Positions 44,365 through 53,096 are shown, counted from the first letter of the stretch. The stretch is DNA of 64,000 bases from Clostridiaceae bacterium (GCA_018384365.1 JAHAYX010000001.1:33475-97474), one strand, 5' to 3'. Made by a program: numbers and translations. Notes: a model not told the origin generated them from the sequence alone.

Positions 44365-46107
44365 TTACGAATACAGGGAGCCGAGTATCAGGAATACCGC
44401 CGCCGTCCACGCCATACGGTTCGGATAGCGGGTGGACCAGCGTCCTTCGCTGACATCCTTTCCGGTTTTCGGATTGATCACCATCGGATAGCCGCTTGCC
44501 GCAAGCGCTCGGCAATAACGCAGCGCGATTTCCTTTGCCAGTTCGTCCTTGCCGCACGCACGCAGGCCAAGGCAAACCAACATCTGCGCAGGAGCCAGAA
44601 TCGGGCCGGCAGACCAGCCGGTTTCATGGTAATGATCGCTGTCGAGCCGCTCGCCCGCCAGGCCGTAAGGCGTCAGCCAGGCGCCCTCCTCGGAGAGCGC
44701 GGCGGTCATTTTCTCTATCATCTCCTGCGGCAGACGCTTGCCCAAAAGCAGCGGAACAAAGGACATGATCGAACCGCAATCCACCCACTCATGCGTCCCG
44801 CTGACGCGTGAGGTGAACTTTTCGCCGTTCCAGAAGAACGAAAGCGTGGTCTCCAGCATCCGGTCGGCGCGGGCCTTCCACTCCCGCATTTCATAAGTCT
44901 TTCCCAGGCGTCCGGCCAGCACCGCGAGTTGATCCATCGCCAGCACTAAATAGGTTGCAAGATCCGGCGCAGCGGTCGGTCCGCCCATTTTGAAGAAGGA
45001 ACTGTCGTCCCAGCCGGATTCATCGGCAGTATCGTACTGCACAATGCCGTCCTGATCCGTATCGCGGTAGGTGAGCCACCAGAACACCCATTTGGACAGC
45101 CCGTCATACAAAGTCAGCTGCTCCCGGCGCGTGGCAAAGGAGAAATCCGTAAATTCCTGCAAAAATTCCAGCGCAACGCCGTGAAACGGCGGCTTGGTTC
45201 CGCCGTAACTCTGCGAAGCGTCCGTCAGAATGTCCGCCAGCATGCCATACTCATCCTGATAATAAAAAACGGACAGCAGCAGTTCCCAGGCAAAGCGCGG
45301 ATTGCGATACTGGGCCATGGCGTGATAGCACTGCTGCCAGCTGGAGGTGCAGCGGTGCACGCCCTTGTTCATATAAATAATGTCCATGTCGTCGATGCGC
45401 ATGATATGCGACCAGATGAGATAGGCATTCAGGATGCGTGCCTCCGCGAATTCTTCGGAAAGCGGCGGAACGGTATCGAGATATTCGGAAAATTCCCGCT
45501 CGATGCCGGCAATGCAGCGGTCAAAGGCAGGGTATTTTTCCATACGCCAGCCGTTTGATTTATAAAGATGTACCGCCAGATCCACCTTGCCGGTCCCGTC
45601 CGGGCGGAACACGAATTTCGTCTCCTCCGGCACGCTGTTGATCACATCAAAGCCGGTGGAAACGTCCATTTCCCCGATGACCGGACAGAACAGCAGCTTC
45701 GGCACCGGGTTCATGATCACTTCCCAGCTTCCGTCGTTGCGGGTTTTGGCAATTTCGTGCGGAGCAAGCGCGGGAGAAAACACAACCTCCACATTCTCCG
45801 CTTCCATGCGCAGGATGCTGCCCTCCTGCAGGCAGATCCGCGCCGTGCCGCCGTCATAGGCAAGCGTCACGCACACGGGCGTTGCCGTTGCGCGGTAAGG
45901 CACCGTTTCCCCGTTGCGCACAAGCCGGACCGGGAACAGTCTGCCCGCGCGGGGTTTCCCGGCGGGACCCGCATTGTCCAGCCCGGAGAGCAGGGCACAG
46001 ACATAAAGCGTCTCGGCGCCGTCTTCCTCCCAGGCGCCGACATAGTAAAATGTACCGCGGCGTCCGTAGGAGATGCGGGTGAGATCATACTGAATTGTTT
46101 CAAACAT
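44365..46107 (-). CDS. Six-hairpin (alpha/alpha)6 glycoside hydrolase-like protein (GH63/trehalase/MGH-like)
   Basis: 580 aa. YDTADESGWDDSSFF and a C-terminal half rich in W/Y, as in clan GH-G enzymes. Family assignment not verified. Confidence 0.55.
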   Translation of the reverse strand: MFETIQYDLTRISYGRRGTFYYVGAWEEDGAETLYVCALLSGLDNAGPAGKPRAGRLFPVRLVRNGETVPYRATATPVCVTLAYDGGTARICLQEGSILRMEAENVEVVFSPALAPHEIAKTRNDGSWEVIMNPVPKLLFCPVIGEMDVSTGFDVINSVPEETKFVFRPDGTGKVDLAVHLYKSNGWRMEKYPAFDRCIAGIEREFSEYLDTVPPLSEEFAEARILNAYLIWSHIMRIDDMDIIYMNKGVHRCTSSWQQCYHAMAQYRNPRFAWELLLSVFYYQDEYGMLADILTDASQSYGGTKPPFHGVALEFLQEFTDFSFATRREQLTLYDGLSKWVFWWLTYRDTDQDGIVQYDTADESGWDDSSFFKMGGPTAAPDLATYLVLAMDQLAVLAGRLGKTYEMREWKARADRMLETTLSFFWNGEKFTSRVSGTHEWVDCGSIMSFVPLLLGKRLPQEMIEKMTAALSEEGAWLTPYGLAGERLDSDHYHETGWSAGPILAPAQMLVCLGLRACGKDELAKEIALRYCRALAASGYPMVINPKTGKDVSEGRWSTRYPNRMAWTAAVFLILGSLYS

Positions 46108-46331
46108 GGCGTCCCCTCATTTCCAAATTTCCATATTTTATCTTACCATACCCCGGTGCCGATTACAATGCAATTCTGTGGTTCCGTTACGATTGGTATA
46201 TTTTCAAACTCTCGCCGGGTTTTGGCTAAAACATCTAAAATTTTATCGCGCTCATCGGTTATCCTTGCCATTTTTCCGATAATGTGTTAACCTGTAATCA
46301 TAAAATGAGACACAGGAAAGGAACAGAAGCT

Positions 46332-47720
46332 ATGAATCGGTTTACATTTGGTGAGCGCGCGCCGCTGGAAAACGTCAATTTTGAAACCAAAACCAGGCTT
46401 CCTCCGATCAACGGCCTGAAGGAATGCCGCCAGGGCATTGTGCCCGGCATGGTCAACGTCTGGTATGAATATCTGCCTGCCGCTTATGACGGGAAAACCG
46501 CTCTGCCGCTGATTGTGCAAGTGCACGGCGGCGGGCACGACGGCCGCCGCTGGGCGGATTTCACGCTCTGGCATGTGCTGGCGGAGCGGCTCGGCCTGAT
46601 CGTCATTTACCCCAACTCCCCGGACTACGGTTCCTGGCACTGCGATGACCGCGATGTGGAGTATCTGTATCAGCTCATCGGCATTGTCTGTGAAAAATAC
46701 AACGTTGACCGTACCCGCATCTATATGCAGGGAATGTCCAACGGCGATATGATGACCTTAGCCTTCACCATGCAGCATCCCGAGGTGCTGGCGGCTGCAG
46801 GGTATTCCACCGGACCGTCTGCCGAAATCTACGTTGGCGACGAGCGCCCCACCGCTGCACTGCCGGCCATCCAGATGCGCGGCGAATATGACATCATTTT
46901 CCGCCTGCTCGACGAAGACCCGCTCGATGCCTATGAAACCCGCTATCGCATGAACGACTTCAACCGCGAAATCTGGATTGAAAAGAACGGGCTGGATTCC
47001 CTGCCGGATCTGACCTTCCGCGGCAAAGACAATTTCATGCGTTTCCGCGGCAAAAACGCCGATCTGATTAACTGGGAGGTCGTCGGCTGCGGCCATCGCG
47101 AACCGGCGGATATGGCACAGGTCTACTGGGATTGCCTCTATTCCGGATGCCGCCGCGTAGACGGAAAGCTTGTCTACTCGCCCTGCGAGGATGCACTGGA
47201 ACCGGATCAGGATATTGCGGTCATTGCGCTGGGCAGCCGCAAGGTCTACTTAAACGGGCGCATGGAGGAAATGACACCGATTGAGACCGGCGTTGTGCGC
47301 AGCTTTGACCCCGGCCCCGGCAACTACACCAAAACGGCAGGCGCGCATGAAATGCTGGAAACTCCCGCGCTTTGTGCGCCGGTGGAGTTCTTCCGCGCCG
47401 CCTTCGGCGCCGAAGTGCGCTATCTTGACGCGGGTGACCGTGCCGAAGTGTGCTTCCCGGACGGAAACCGCGCCATTTTCCACTCCAATTCCCTGCTTGT
47501 GGAGTATAACGGCAAGTTCCGCTCCATGCGCAAGCCCTGCACCTTGCTTTGCGGCACCTTCTATGTGCCCGTCGGCGAGTTCTGCGGCGATTTCCTGGGT
47601 AAATTTGTCTCCGAAGCATCCGACCTGATGCTGATCAGCGGACATTCGGCCATTCTGGGCCGTTATACCGCGCGTGTGCTGCGCAAGTTGCTGGGCGGCT
47701 ATGTCCGCGCCGTAAAATAA
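46332..47720 (+). CDS. Esterase of the PHB-depolymerase/feruloyl-esterase (LpqC-like) family with C-terminal copper-amine-oxidase-N-like domain
   Basis: ORF 46284..47720. ATG at 46332. VQVHGGGHDG...IYMQGMSNGDMM (GxSxG). Confidence 0.65.
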   Translation: MNRFTFGERAPLENVNFETKTRLPPINGLKECRQGIVPGMVNVWYEYLPAAYDGKTALPLIVQVHGGGHDGRRWADFTLWHVLAERLGLIVIYPNSPDYGSWHCDDRDVEYLYQLIGIVCEKYNVDRTRIYMQGMSNGDMMTLAFTMQHPEVLAAAGYSTGPSAEIYVGDERPTAALPAIQMRGEYDIIFRLLDEDPLDAYETRYRMNDFNREIWIEKNGLDSLPDLTFRGKDNFMRFRGKNADLINWEVVGCGHREPADMAQVYWDCLYSGCRRVDGKLVYSPCEDALEPDQDIAVIALGSRKVYLNGRMEEMTPIETGVVRSFDPGPGNYTKTAGAHEMLETPALCAPVEFFRAAFGAEVRYLDAGDRAEVCFPDGNRAIFHSNSLLVEYNGKFRSMRKPCTLLCGTFYVPVGEFCGDFLGKFVSEASDLMLISGHSAILGRYTARVLRKLLGGYVRAVK

Positions 47721-47752
47721 GAAGAAAAAACAATTATAAAGGAGTGTATGAT

Positions 47753-48850
47753 ATGGAATTTTCAGCTTATGCTTTTATCGGCCTGACCGGCCAGGAAATT
47801 TCCCGCTTTGAGATCCCTTGGGAGGGCGAAGCGCCCGCCATGGAAGCCATTCATCTGGAGGGTCCGGCTGTTGAAACAGACCGCATCCGGTATCTGAAGG
47901 AAACCCGCGGCACAGCGCCCGGCGATGTGACAGATGCTGTGCTCGACGGCGGTGTTTTGAAGATCACCGTTGTTCCCGCCACCACCCGCGCCGATTTCAC
48001 GCTGGTCATCGGTGAAAAGCGTATCGGCCGCGGGGAATTCACCATCCACACCAGAACCGTGGACGATAAATTTGCACGCCTTGAGGAAGGCCGCGTCATG
48101 TACCGTCTGTACACGCCGGAAGGCTCCGGCAAACGCCCGATGATCCTGTTCCTCCATGGCGGCGGAAACGGCGGCTATGAGGGCGAGCGCGATAACGAAA
48201 AGCACATCATTACGGACTACGGCCCCGTCAACTTCGCCGAGAATTATCCGGACATCTATGTCATGGCGCCGATGGCAGTGGAAGTGCGCCGTGATATGCG
48301 CAATTTCAACATGAATAACAGCTTTGCAAACAGCGATTCCTTCAATGTTCCGGGCTATGGCTGGAGCAGAGATTACCTCGGCCTGGTACTGGATATCATC
48401 CGCCGCATGGTTGCGGAAGGGAAAGTGGATGAAAAGCGCATTTACGTCACCGGTATGTCCATGGGCGGCGCCGGCACCATCCGTGCCATGTCCGTCGGTT
48501 CGGACCTGTTTGCCGCCTGCGTCCCGGTCTGCCCGACCATGACACCCGAGACCTTTTCCATCCTCAAGTCCATGCGCCGCCCCGTATGGGTCACCTCGGC
48601 CTATATCGACCACACGCTCTACCGGCACAAATATCTGGTGGACGCCGTCATGTCCATGCGCGACAACGGCAATAACAATGCACACCTGACGCTGTTCTCC
48701 CCGGAAGAGCTGGAAAAATACGATATTGCCATCACACCGAATCTGCCTTATCCGAAGTTGTTCAGCGAGAACCATGCAAGCTGGGTGCCTACCTATAAAA
48801 ACGAATACGGCATCATGTCCTGGCTGCTGAACCAGACCAAGGACGAATAA
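47753..48850 (+). CDS. Alpha/beta hydrolase (carboxylesterase/peptidase S9-like)
   Basis: ORF 47744..48850. ATG at 47753 is 8 nt after AAAGGAG. ILFLHGGGNGG...IYVTGMSMGGAG (GxSxG). Confidence 0.7.
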   Translation: MEFSAYAFIGLTGQEISRFEIPWEGEAPAMEAIHLEGPAVETDRIRYLKETRGTAPGDVTDAVLDGGVLKITVVPATTRADFTLVIGEKRIGRGEFTIHTRTVDDKFARLEEGRVMYRLYTPEGSGKRPMILFLHGGGNGGYEGERDNEKHIITDYGPVNFAENYPDIYVMAPMAVEVRRDMRNFNMNNSFANSDSFNVPGYGWSRDYLGLVLDIIRRMVAEGKVDEKRIYVTGMSMGGAGTIRAMSVGSDLFAACVPVCPTMTPETFSILKSMRRPVWVTSAYIDHTLYRHKYLVDAVMSMRDNGNNNAHLTLFSPEELEKYDIAITPNLPYPKLFSENHASWVPTYKNEYGIMSWLLNQTKDE

Positions 48851-48990
48851 AATCTGCCTTTCTTTTCAAAAGGACGGTTGGTTCCTGCGGGATTTTCTGC
48901 GGAGCCAACCGTTCGCAGTCCTTTTCCCCGAAAGCATTCCAACCGGAGGGGATTTCCGCTGCGTTTCACGAGAGGGGAGTTTGATCAGTC

Positions 48991-50355
48991 TTGAAAACAA
49001 GTTCCAGAGATCTGACGCAGGGCAGCATCGCCAAACAGCTTTTGCTGTTTGCGCTGCCCATCTTCGCCGGACAGATCTTTCAGAATCTCTATAACAGCGT
49101 GGATTCCATCATCGTCGGGCAGGCCGTCGGCACAACGGCCCTTGCGGCAGTTTCCGCCAGCAGCGATATTTCCATGCTGCTCGTCGGCTTCTTCACGGGC
49201 CTTTCCACCGGCGCAGGCGTTCTTTTTTCGCGTTTCTTCGGCGCAAAAGACGAGCAGAACCTGCACGACGCCATCCACACCGCCATCACCTTTTCCCTGC
49301 TCTTCGGCGTCCTCATCGCAGGCGCCGGTATCTTCTTTTCGCCGATGCTGCTGCGTGTGGTCAACTGCCCGCAGGACGTATACCTCGAGGCGCTGGATTA
49401 TTTGCGCATTTATCTGATCGGCGTACTGTTTACCGCGATCTATAATGTTGGCGCGGGCGTTCTGCGCGCGGTCGGCGATTCTCGTACGCCGTTTATTTAC
49501 CTCGTGATTTCCAGCTGCTGCAACATTGCGCTGGACATTATTCTGGTTGCGCTGCTGCATCTGGGCGTTTCCGGCGCAGCGCTGGCCACAATTCTCTCCC
49601 AGTTCATCAGCGTCGTGCTGGTTTTCCGCCGGATGCTGCTGACACAGGACGTGTATAAGCTGATACCGCGCGACCTGAAGATTCACCGTGCGCTTTTGAA
49701 GGACATTCTGCGGCTTGGGCTTCCCGCTGCGATTCAGGCCTGCTTGATCGGCCTGAGCAATGTCTTTATTCAGCGTTATATCAACAGCTTCGGTTCCGCC
49801 GCCATGGCCGGTATGGGCGCGGGCAAACGGATCGACCGCTTTGTCGGTATGGTTGCGCAGTGCCTTGGCCTTGCCACAGCCACCTTTGTCGGACAAAATG
49901 TCGGCGCCGAGCGCCTCGACCGTGCCTTCCGGGGAATCCGCGTGGTGCTGCTCGTCTGCTTCAGTTATGTGCTCGTCGCAGGCTGCATCGTCTATCTGCT
50001 GGCCGAACCGCTGGTGCACATTTTCACAAACGACGAAAATGCCATTGCCTTTGGCGTCTCCATGATTCATGTCATGATGCCGTTCTACTTCTGTCAGGCG
50101 TTGAACCAGGTCTTTGCAAACGCCGTGCGCGGCTTCGGCAAGAGCTTTGTCGTGATGATCTGCAGTATCTCCGGCATGATCGTCTGCCGTCAGATCTTCC
50201 TCGCCATTATGATGAGTTTCTGGCACGATATCCGTATTCTCTATTTCAGCTTCCCCTTCGGCTGGATCTGCGCCTCCGGCGCTGTGATGGTCTATTATTT
50301 CTTCACCATCCGCAGAAAATATCCGGAGGAAGCCAGGCTCCGCCGGTCAGCATAA
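48991..50355 (+). CDS. MATE-family efflux transporter
   Basis: 454 aa, TTG start. DLTQGSIAKQLLLFALPIFAGQIFQNLYNSVDSIIVGQ is the canonical MATE N-terminus. 12 TM segments. Confidence 0.9.
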   Translation: MKTSSRDLTQGSIAKQLLLFALPIFAGQIFQNLYNSVDSIIVGQAVGTTALAAVSASSDISMLLVGFFTGLSTGAGVLFSRFFGAKDEQNLHDAIHTAITFSLLFGVLIAGAGIFFSPMLLRVVNCPQDVYLEALDYLRIYLIGVLFTAIYNVGAGVLRAVGDSRTPFIYLVISSCCNIALDIILVALLHLGVSGAALATILSQFISVVLVFRRMLLTQDVYKLIPRDLKIHRALLKDILRLGLPAAIQACLIGLSNVFIQRYINSFGSAAMAGMGAGKRIDRFVGMVAQCLGLATATFVGQNVGAERLDRAFRGIRVVLLVCFSYVLVAGCIVYLLAEPLVHIFTNDENAIAFGVSMIHVMMPFYFCQALNQVFANAVRGFGKSFVVMICSISGMIVCRQIFLAIMMSFWHDIRILYFSFPFGWICASGAVMVYYFFTIRRKYPEEARLRRSA

Positions 50356-50425
50356 ACTCCGGCGCACCGCCGTCTGCGCGGCGTCCCATCCAAAACAGGG
50401 ACGCCGCGTTTTTTGCGTCCGTCCG

Positions 50426-50626
50426 CTATTCGGGCCGGATACTCCCCTCTCCACCCTCCGCCGCGCGGGAAAACAGGGCGCGTCCCGCATAGAATTCATT
50501 CAGAAAAGCCAGCATATTCCGGGTTGCCAGTTCCCGGCGCTGCGCTTCCGTCAGTTCGTGCACGGGAACAGGCCGTCCCTCCACATGCACAAAGGAAACC
50601 GAGTCCGGCATTTTCCGCTTCGCCAT
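50426..50626 (-). CDS. Small basic/acidic protein (66 aa), divergent from the recombinase
   Basis: AGGAGG 7 nt upstream of the ATG. MAKRKMPDSVSFVHVEGRPVPVHELTEAQRRELATRNMLAF... No family recognised. Confidence 0.55.
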   Translation of the reverse strand: MAKRKMPDSVSFVHVEGRPVPVHELTEAQRRELATRNMLAFLNEFYAGRALFSRAAEGGEGSIRPE

Positions 50627-50817
50627 ATTTCCGCCTCCTTTTGCAAAGCTGCGCTACTCTATGCACCGCGCAGCCTGTCTGATTCCTCATTTTTGGTCCC
50701 GGAGGCTTTTTCCGGTTCTGCGTATGCCCCATGGTGCGTATAGTTCTGGTGTTTTTCCTGCGGCGCACCCCGTTTGCAGTCCGGTGCGCCGTCAAATACC
50801 GGGAAGGAGGGAGCGCC

Positions 50818-52266
50818 ATGCCGGAGCAGAAAACCGCCGCGGCCTATATCCGCGTCAGCACTGAGGAGCAGACAGAATACTCCCCGGACGCACAGCTGGC
50901 CGAAATCCGCAAATATGCCGCGCGCGAGGGATATCGGCTTCCGGAGGAGTTTATTTACATAGACGAAGGGATCAGCGGCCGCGGTACCGCGCGGCGCGAG
51001 GCCTTTAACCGCATGATCGGCACGGCAAAGCAGCAGCCGAAGCCTTTTGACGCCATTCTGCTCTGGAAATTCTCGCGTTTTGCGCGCAACCGGGAGGACA
51101 GTGTGGTGTATAAATCCCTGCTGCGCCGCCAGCTCGGCATTGAGGTCGTTTCCGTTTCCGAGCCGGTGGGCGATGACAAGATGAGTGTGCTGATGGAAGC
51201 GCTGATCGAGGCCATGGACGAATACTACTCCATCAACCTGGCCGAAGAGGTCCGCCGCGGCATGACGGAAAAAGCACGGCGCGGCGGACTGCAGAACGGC
51301 GCGCCCTTTGGCTATCGGGTAGAGCGGAATGTTCTGGTTCCCCAGCCGGAGGAGGCGGCGCTTGTGCGCGGAATGTTCGAGCGGTTTGCCGCGGGCGAGG
51401 GGGTTTATCAGATTGCGCGGCAGCTGAACGCCGCCGGCGCACGCACCCTGCGCGGAAACCGGTTTGAAAGCCGGACCGTCGCCTATATTCTGCAAAATCC
51501 CGCGTATATCGGCAAACTGCGCTGGAATCCCGCCGGCCGCGGCGGCCGCAGAGAGAATCCGTCGGGCGGAATTCTCGCGGATGCACAGCATACGCCGCTT
51601 GTGGAGTCCGCGCTGTGGGAGCTGGTGCAGCGGCGCATGGAATCCGTGAAGGCGGCACAGCCGCAGCGGGCAAAGCCATCATCTTCACAGAAGGACTGGC
51701 TCTCCGGTCTTGTCCGCTGTCCGGCGTGCGGGAACACGCTGGTCTTTGTGAAACCGCATTACTATAAATGCGGCGGCTATATCAAGGGATCCTGCCCCTA
51801 TTCCCAGCACATAACGGCGGCGCTTTTAAAGGAGGCCCTGATCGCCCGGTTGGAGCAGGACATGGCGCATTTTGACCCGATTTCCTATACGGTCATAGCT
51901 GCCGGACAGTCGAATGCGCAGGAGGAACTGCTGCGGCAGCAGATTGCGGATCGGAAACGGCGTCTGGCCCGCCTGCGCGAGGCTTATCTGGCCGGACTTG
52001 AGTCCCTCGAAACATATCAGGCCGAACGGGAACAGGTCTGCGCGCAGCTTTCGGCGGCGCAGGAGGCATTGGCACACGCCGGCGTCCCGGCCTCCCGCGG
52101 CGAAATGCAGCAGCAGCTTGCCGCAGAGATTTCCTCCGCCCTTGGCATACTGCGCTCCGGCGCGCCGCCGGAACGCAAGCACAGCGCTGTGGCCGCCATT
52201 CTCTCCCGCTGCACGTGGGACCGTGCAGCCAACCGTCTGACGCTTTACTACCGCGCCAGTCTGTAA
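50818..52266 (+). CDS. Large serine recombinase (SpoIVCA/SprA-like architecture)
   Basis: ORF 50731..52266. ATG at 50818 follows GGAAGGAGGG. AAAYIRVSTEEQ catalytic serine motif, resolvase domain, recombinase domain, zinc ribbon WLSGLVRCPACGNTLVF...YYKCGGYIKGSC, and a coiled-coil C-terminus. 482 aa. Confidence 0.9.
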   Translation: MPEQKTAAAYIRVSTEEQTEYSPDAQLAEIRKYAAREGYRLPEEFIYIDEGISGRGTARREAFNRMIGTAKQQPKPFDAILLWKFSRFARNREDSVVYKSLLRRQLGIEVVSVSEPVGDDKMSVLMEALIEAMDEYYSINLAEEVRRGMTEKARRGGLQNGAPFGYRVERNVLVPQPEEAALVRGMFERFAAGEGVYQIARQLNAAGARTLRGNRFESRTVAYILQNPAYIGKLRWNPAGRGGRRENPSGGILADAQHTPLVESALWELVQRRMESVKAAQPQRAKPSSSQKDWLSGLVRCPACGNTLVFVKPHYYKCGGYIKGSCPYSQHITAALLKEALIARLEQDMAHFDPISYTVIAAGQSNAQEELLRQQIADRKRRLARLREAYLAGLESLETYQAEREQVCAQLSAAQEALAHAGVPASRGEMQQQLAAEISSALGILRSGAPPERKHSAVAAILSRCTWDRAANRLTLYYRASL

Positions 52267-52289
52267 ACCGCAGGTTGCCGCCATCCGGT

Positions 52290-52298
52290 GGTCCGGAT
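52290..52298. repeat. attR core (GG-T-CCGGAT)
   Basis: Counterpart of 42446..42454. Lies about 25 nt after the recombinase stop and immediately before CotJC codon GELGAS. Confidence 0.6.
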
Positions 52299-52796
52299 GG
52301 CGAGCTGGGCGCGTCGCAGCGGTATCTCAGCCAGCGTTATAGTATGCCGGATCCGAAAGTCGCAGGGCTTCTCACCGACATCGGAACGGAGGAACTGGCG
52401 CATCTTGAAATTGTCAGCGCAATCATTTATCAGCTCACGCGGAATATTTCGATTGACGACATCAAAAAAAGCAACTTTGAGCCGTACTATGTCGATCACA
52501 CGACCGGCGTTTATCCGCAGGCAGCGGCAGGCTGGCCCTTCACGGCAAAAACCTTCCAGTCCAAGGGCGATCCCATCACCGACCTGTTTGAGGACATGGC
52601 AGCAGAGCAGAAGGCGCGCACCACCTATGACAATCTGCTTCGCCTGATCGACGATCCCGACGTGCGCGACCCGATCAAATTCCTGCGGGAGCGCGAAATT
52701 GTGCACTTCCAACGCTTCGGCGAAGCGCTCGGCGCGGTGCAGGATGAGCTGGACTCCAAAAATTTCTACGCCTTCAACCCCGCTTTTGACAAATAA
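52299..52796 (+). pseudogene. cotJC: cotJC 3' segment (Mn-catalase-family spore coat protein, codons ~34 to end)
   Basis: GELGASQRYLSQRYSMPDPKVAGLLTDIGTEELAHLEIVSAIIYQL...DMAAEQKARTTYDNLL...FLREREIVHFQRF is colinear with CotJC. There is no plausible start or RBS of its own at the right position. Confidence 0.9.
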
Positions 52797-52813
52797 GCGC
52801 CCGGCCTTCCGGC

Positions 52814-52848
52814 AGATCCCCCGGTGCGTCAGCCCGGGGGATCTTTTC
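52814..52848 (+). terminator. cotJ operon terminator
   Basis: AGATCCCCCGG-loop-CCGGGGGATCT followed by TTTC. Confidence 0.7.
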
Positions 52849-53002
52849 ATCCCGCGCCTGCATTTTCCTGTTGTTTCCTTCCCAGTAAAATACCAAATCG
52901 CAGAAACCGCACGATTTTTCATCATTTCTGTCTTACTTTACGCCTATAATAACTTTTTGGCTGGATATACTAACTAAACTGCCTGATTTTGTGAAAAAAT
53001 AC

Positions 53003-53031
53003 TTGCATTTATGGCAAACTGGTGTTATACT
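53003..53031 (+). promoter_or_regulatory. Candidate promoter of the rimP-nusA-infB operon
   Basis: TTGCAT, 17 nt, TATACT. Confidence 0.5.
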
Positions 53032-53096
53032 GCACTTGGTAGAATGTGAGAGTGGGAGTTCCCACTCTTTATTGTTGATTAAGGGGGTTCGCAATC

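Larger units (their letters stand above)
42448..52291 (+). mobile_element. 9.84-kb cotJC-intervening element (large serine recombinase plus metabolic cargo)
   Basis: Bounded by the two halves of cotJC. The recombinase gene lies at the right end. Removal restores the reading frame. The deduced attP is a near-symmetric inverted repeat. Confidence 0.8.

Noticed and set aside
42448-52291. Interpretation of the cotJC insert as a prophage or an IS/transposon.
   Set aside because: There are no phage structural, lysis or replication genes and no DDE transposase or terminal IS-type repeats. The only mobility gene is a large serine recombinase, so I call it an intervening element or genomic island.
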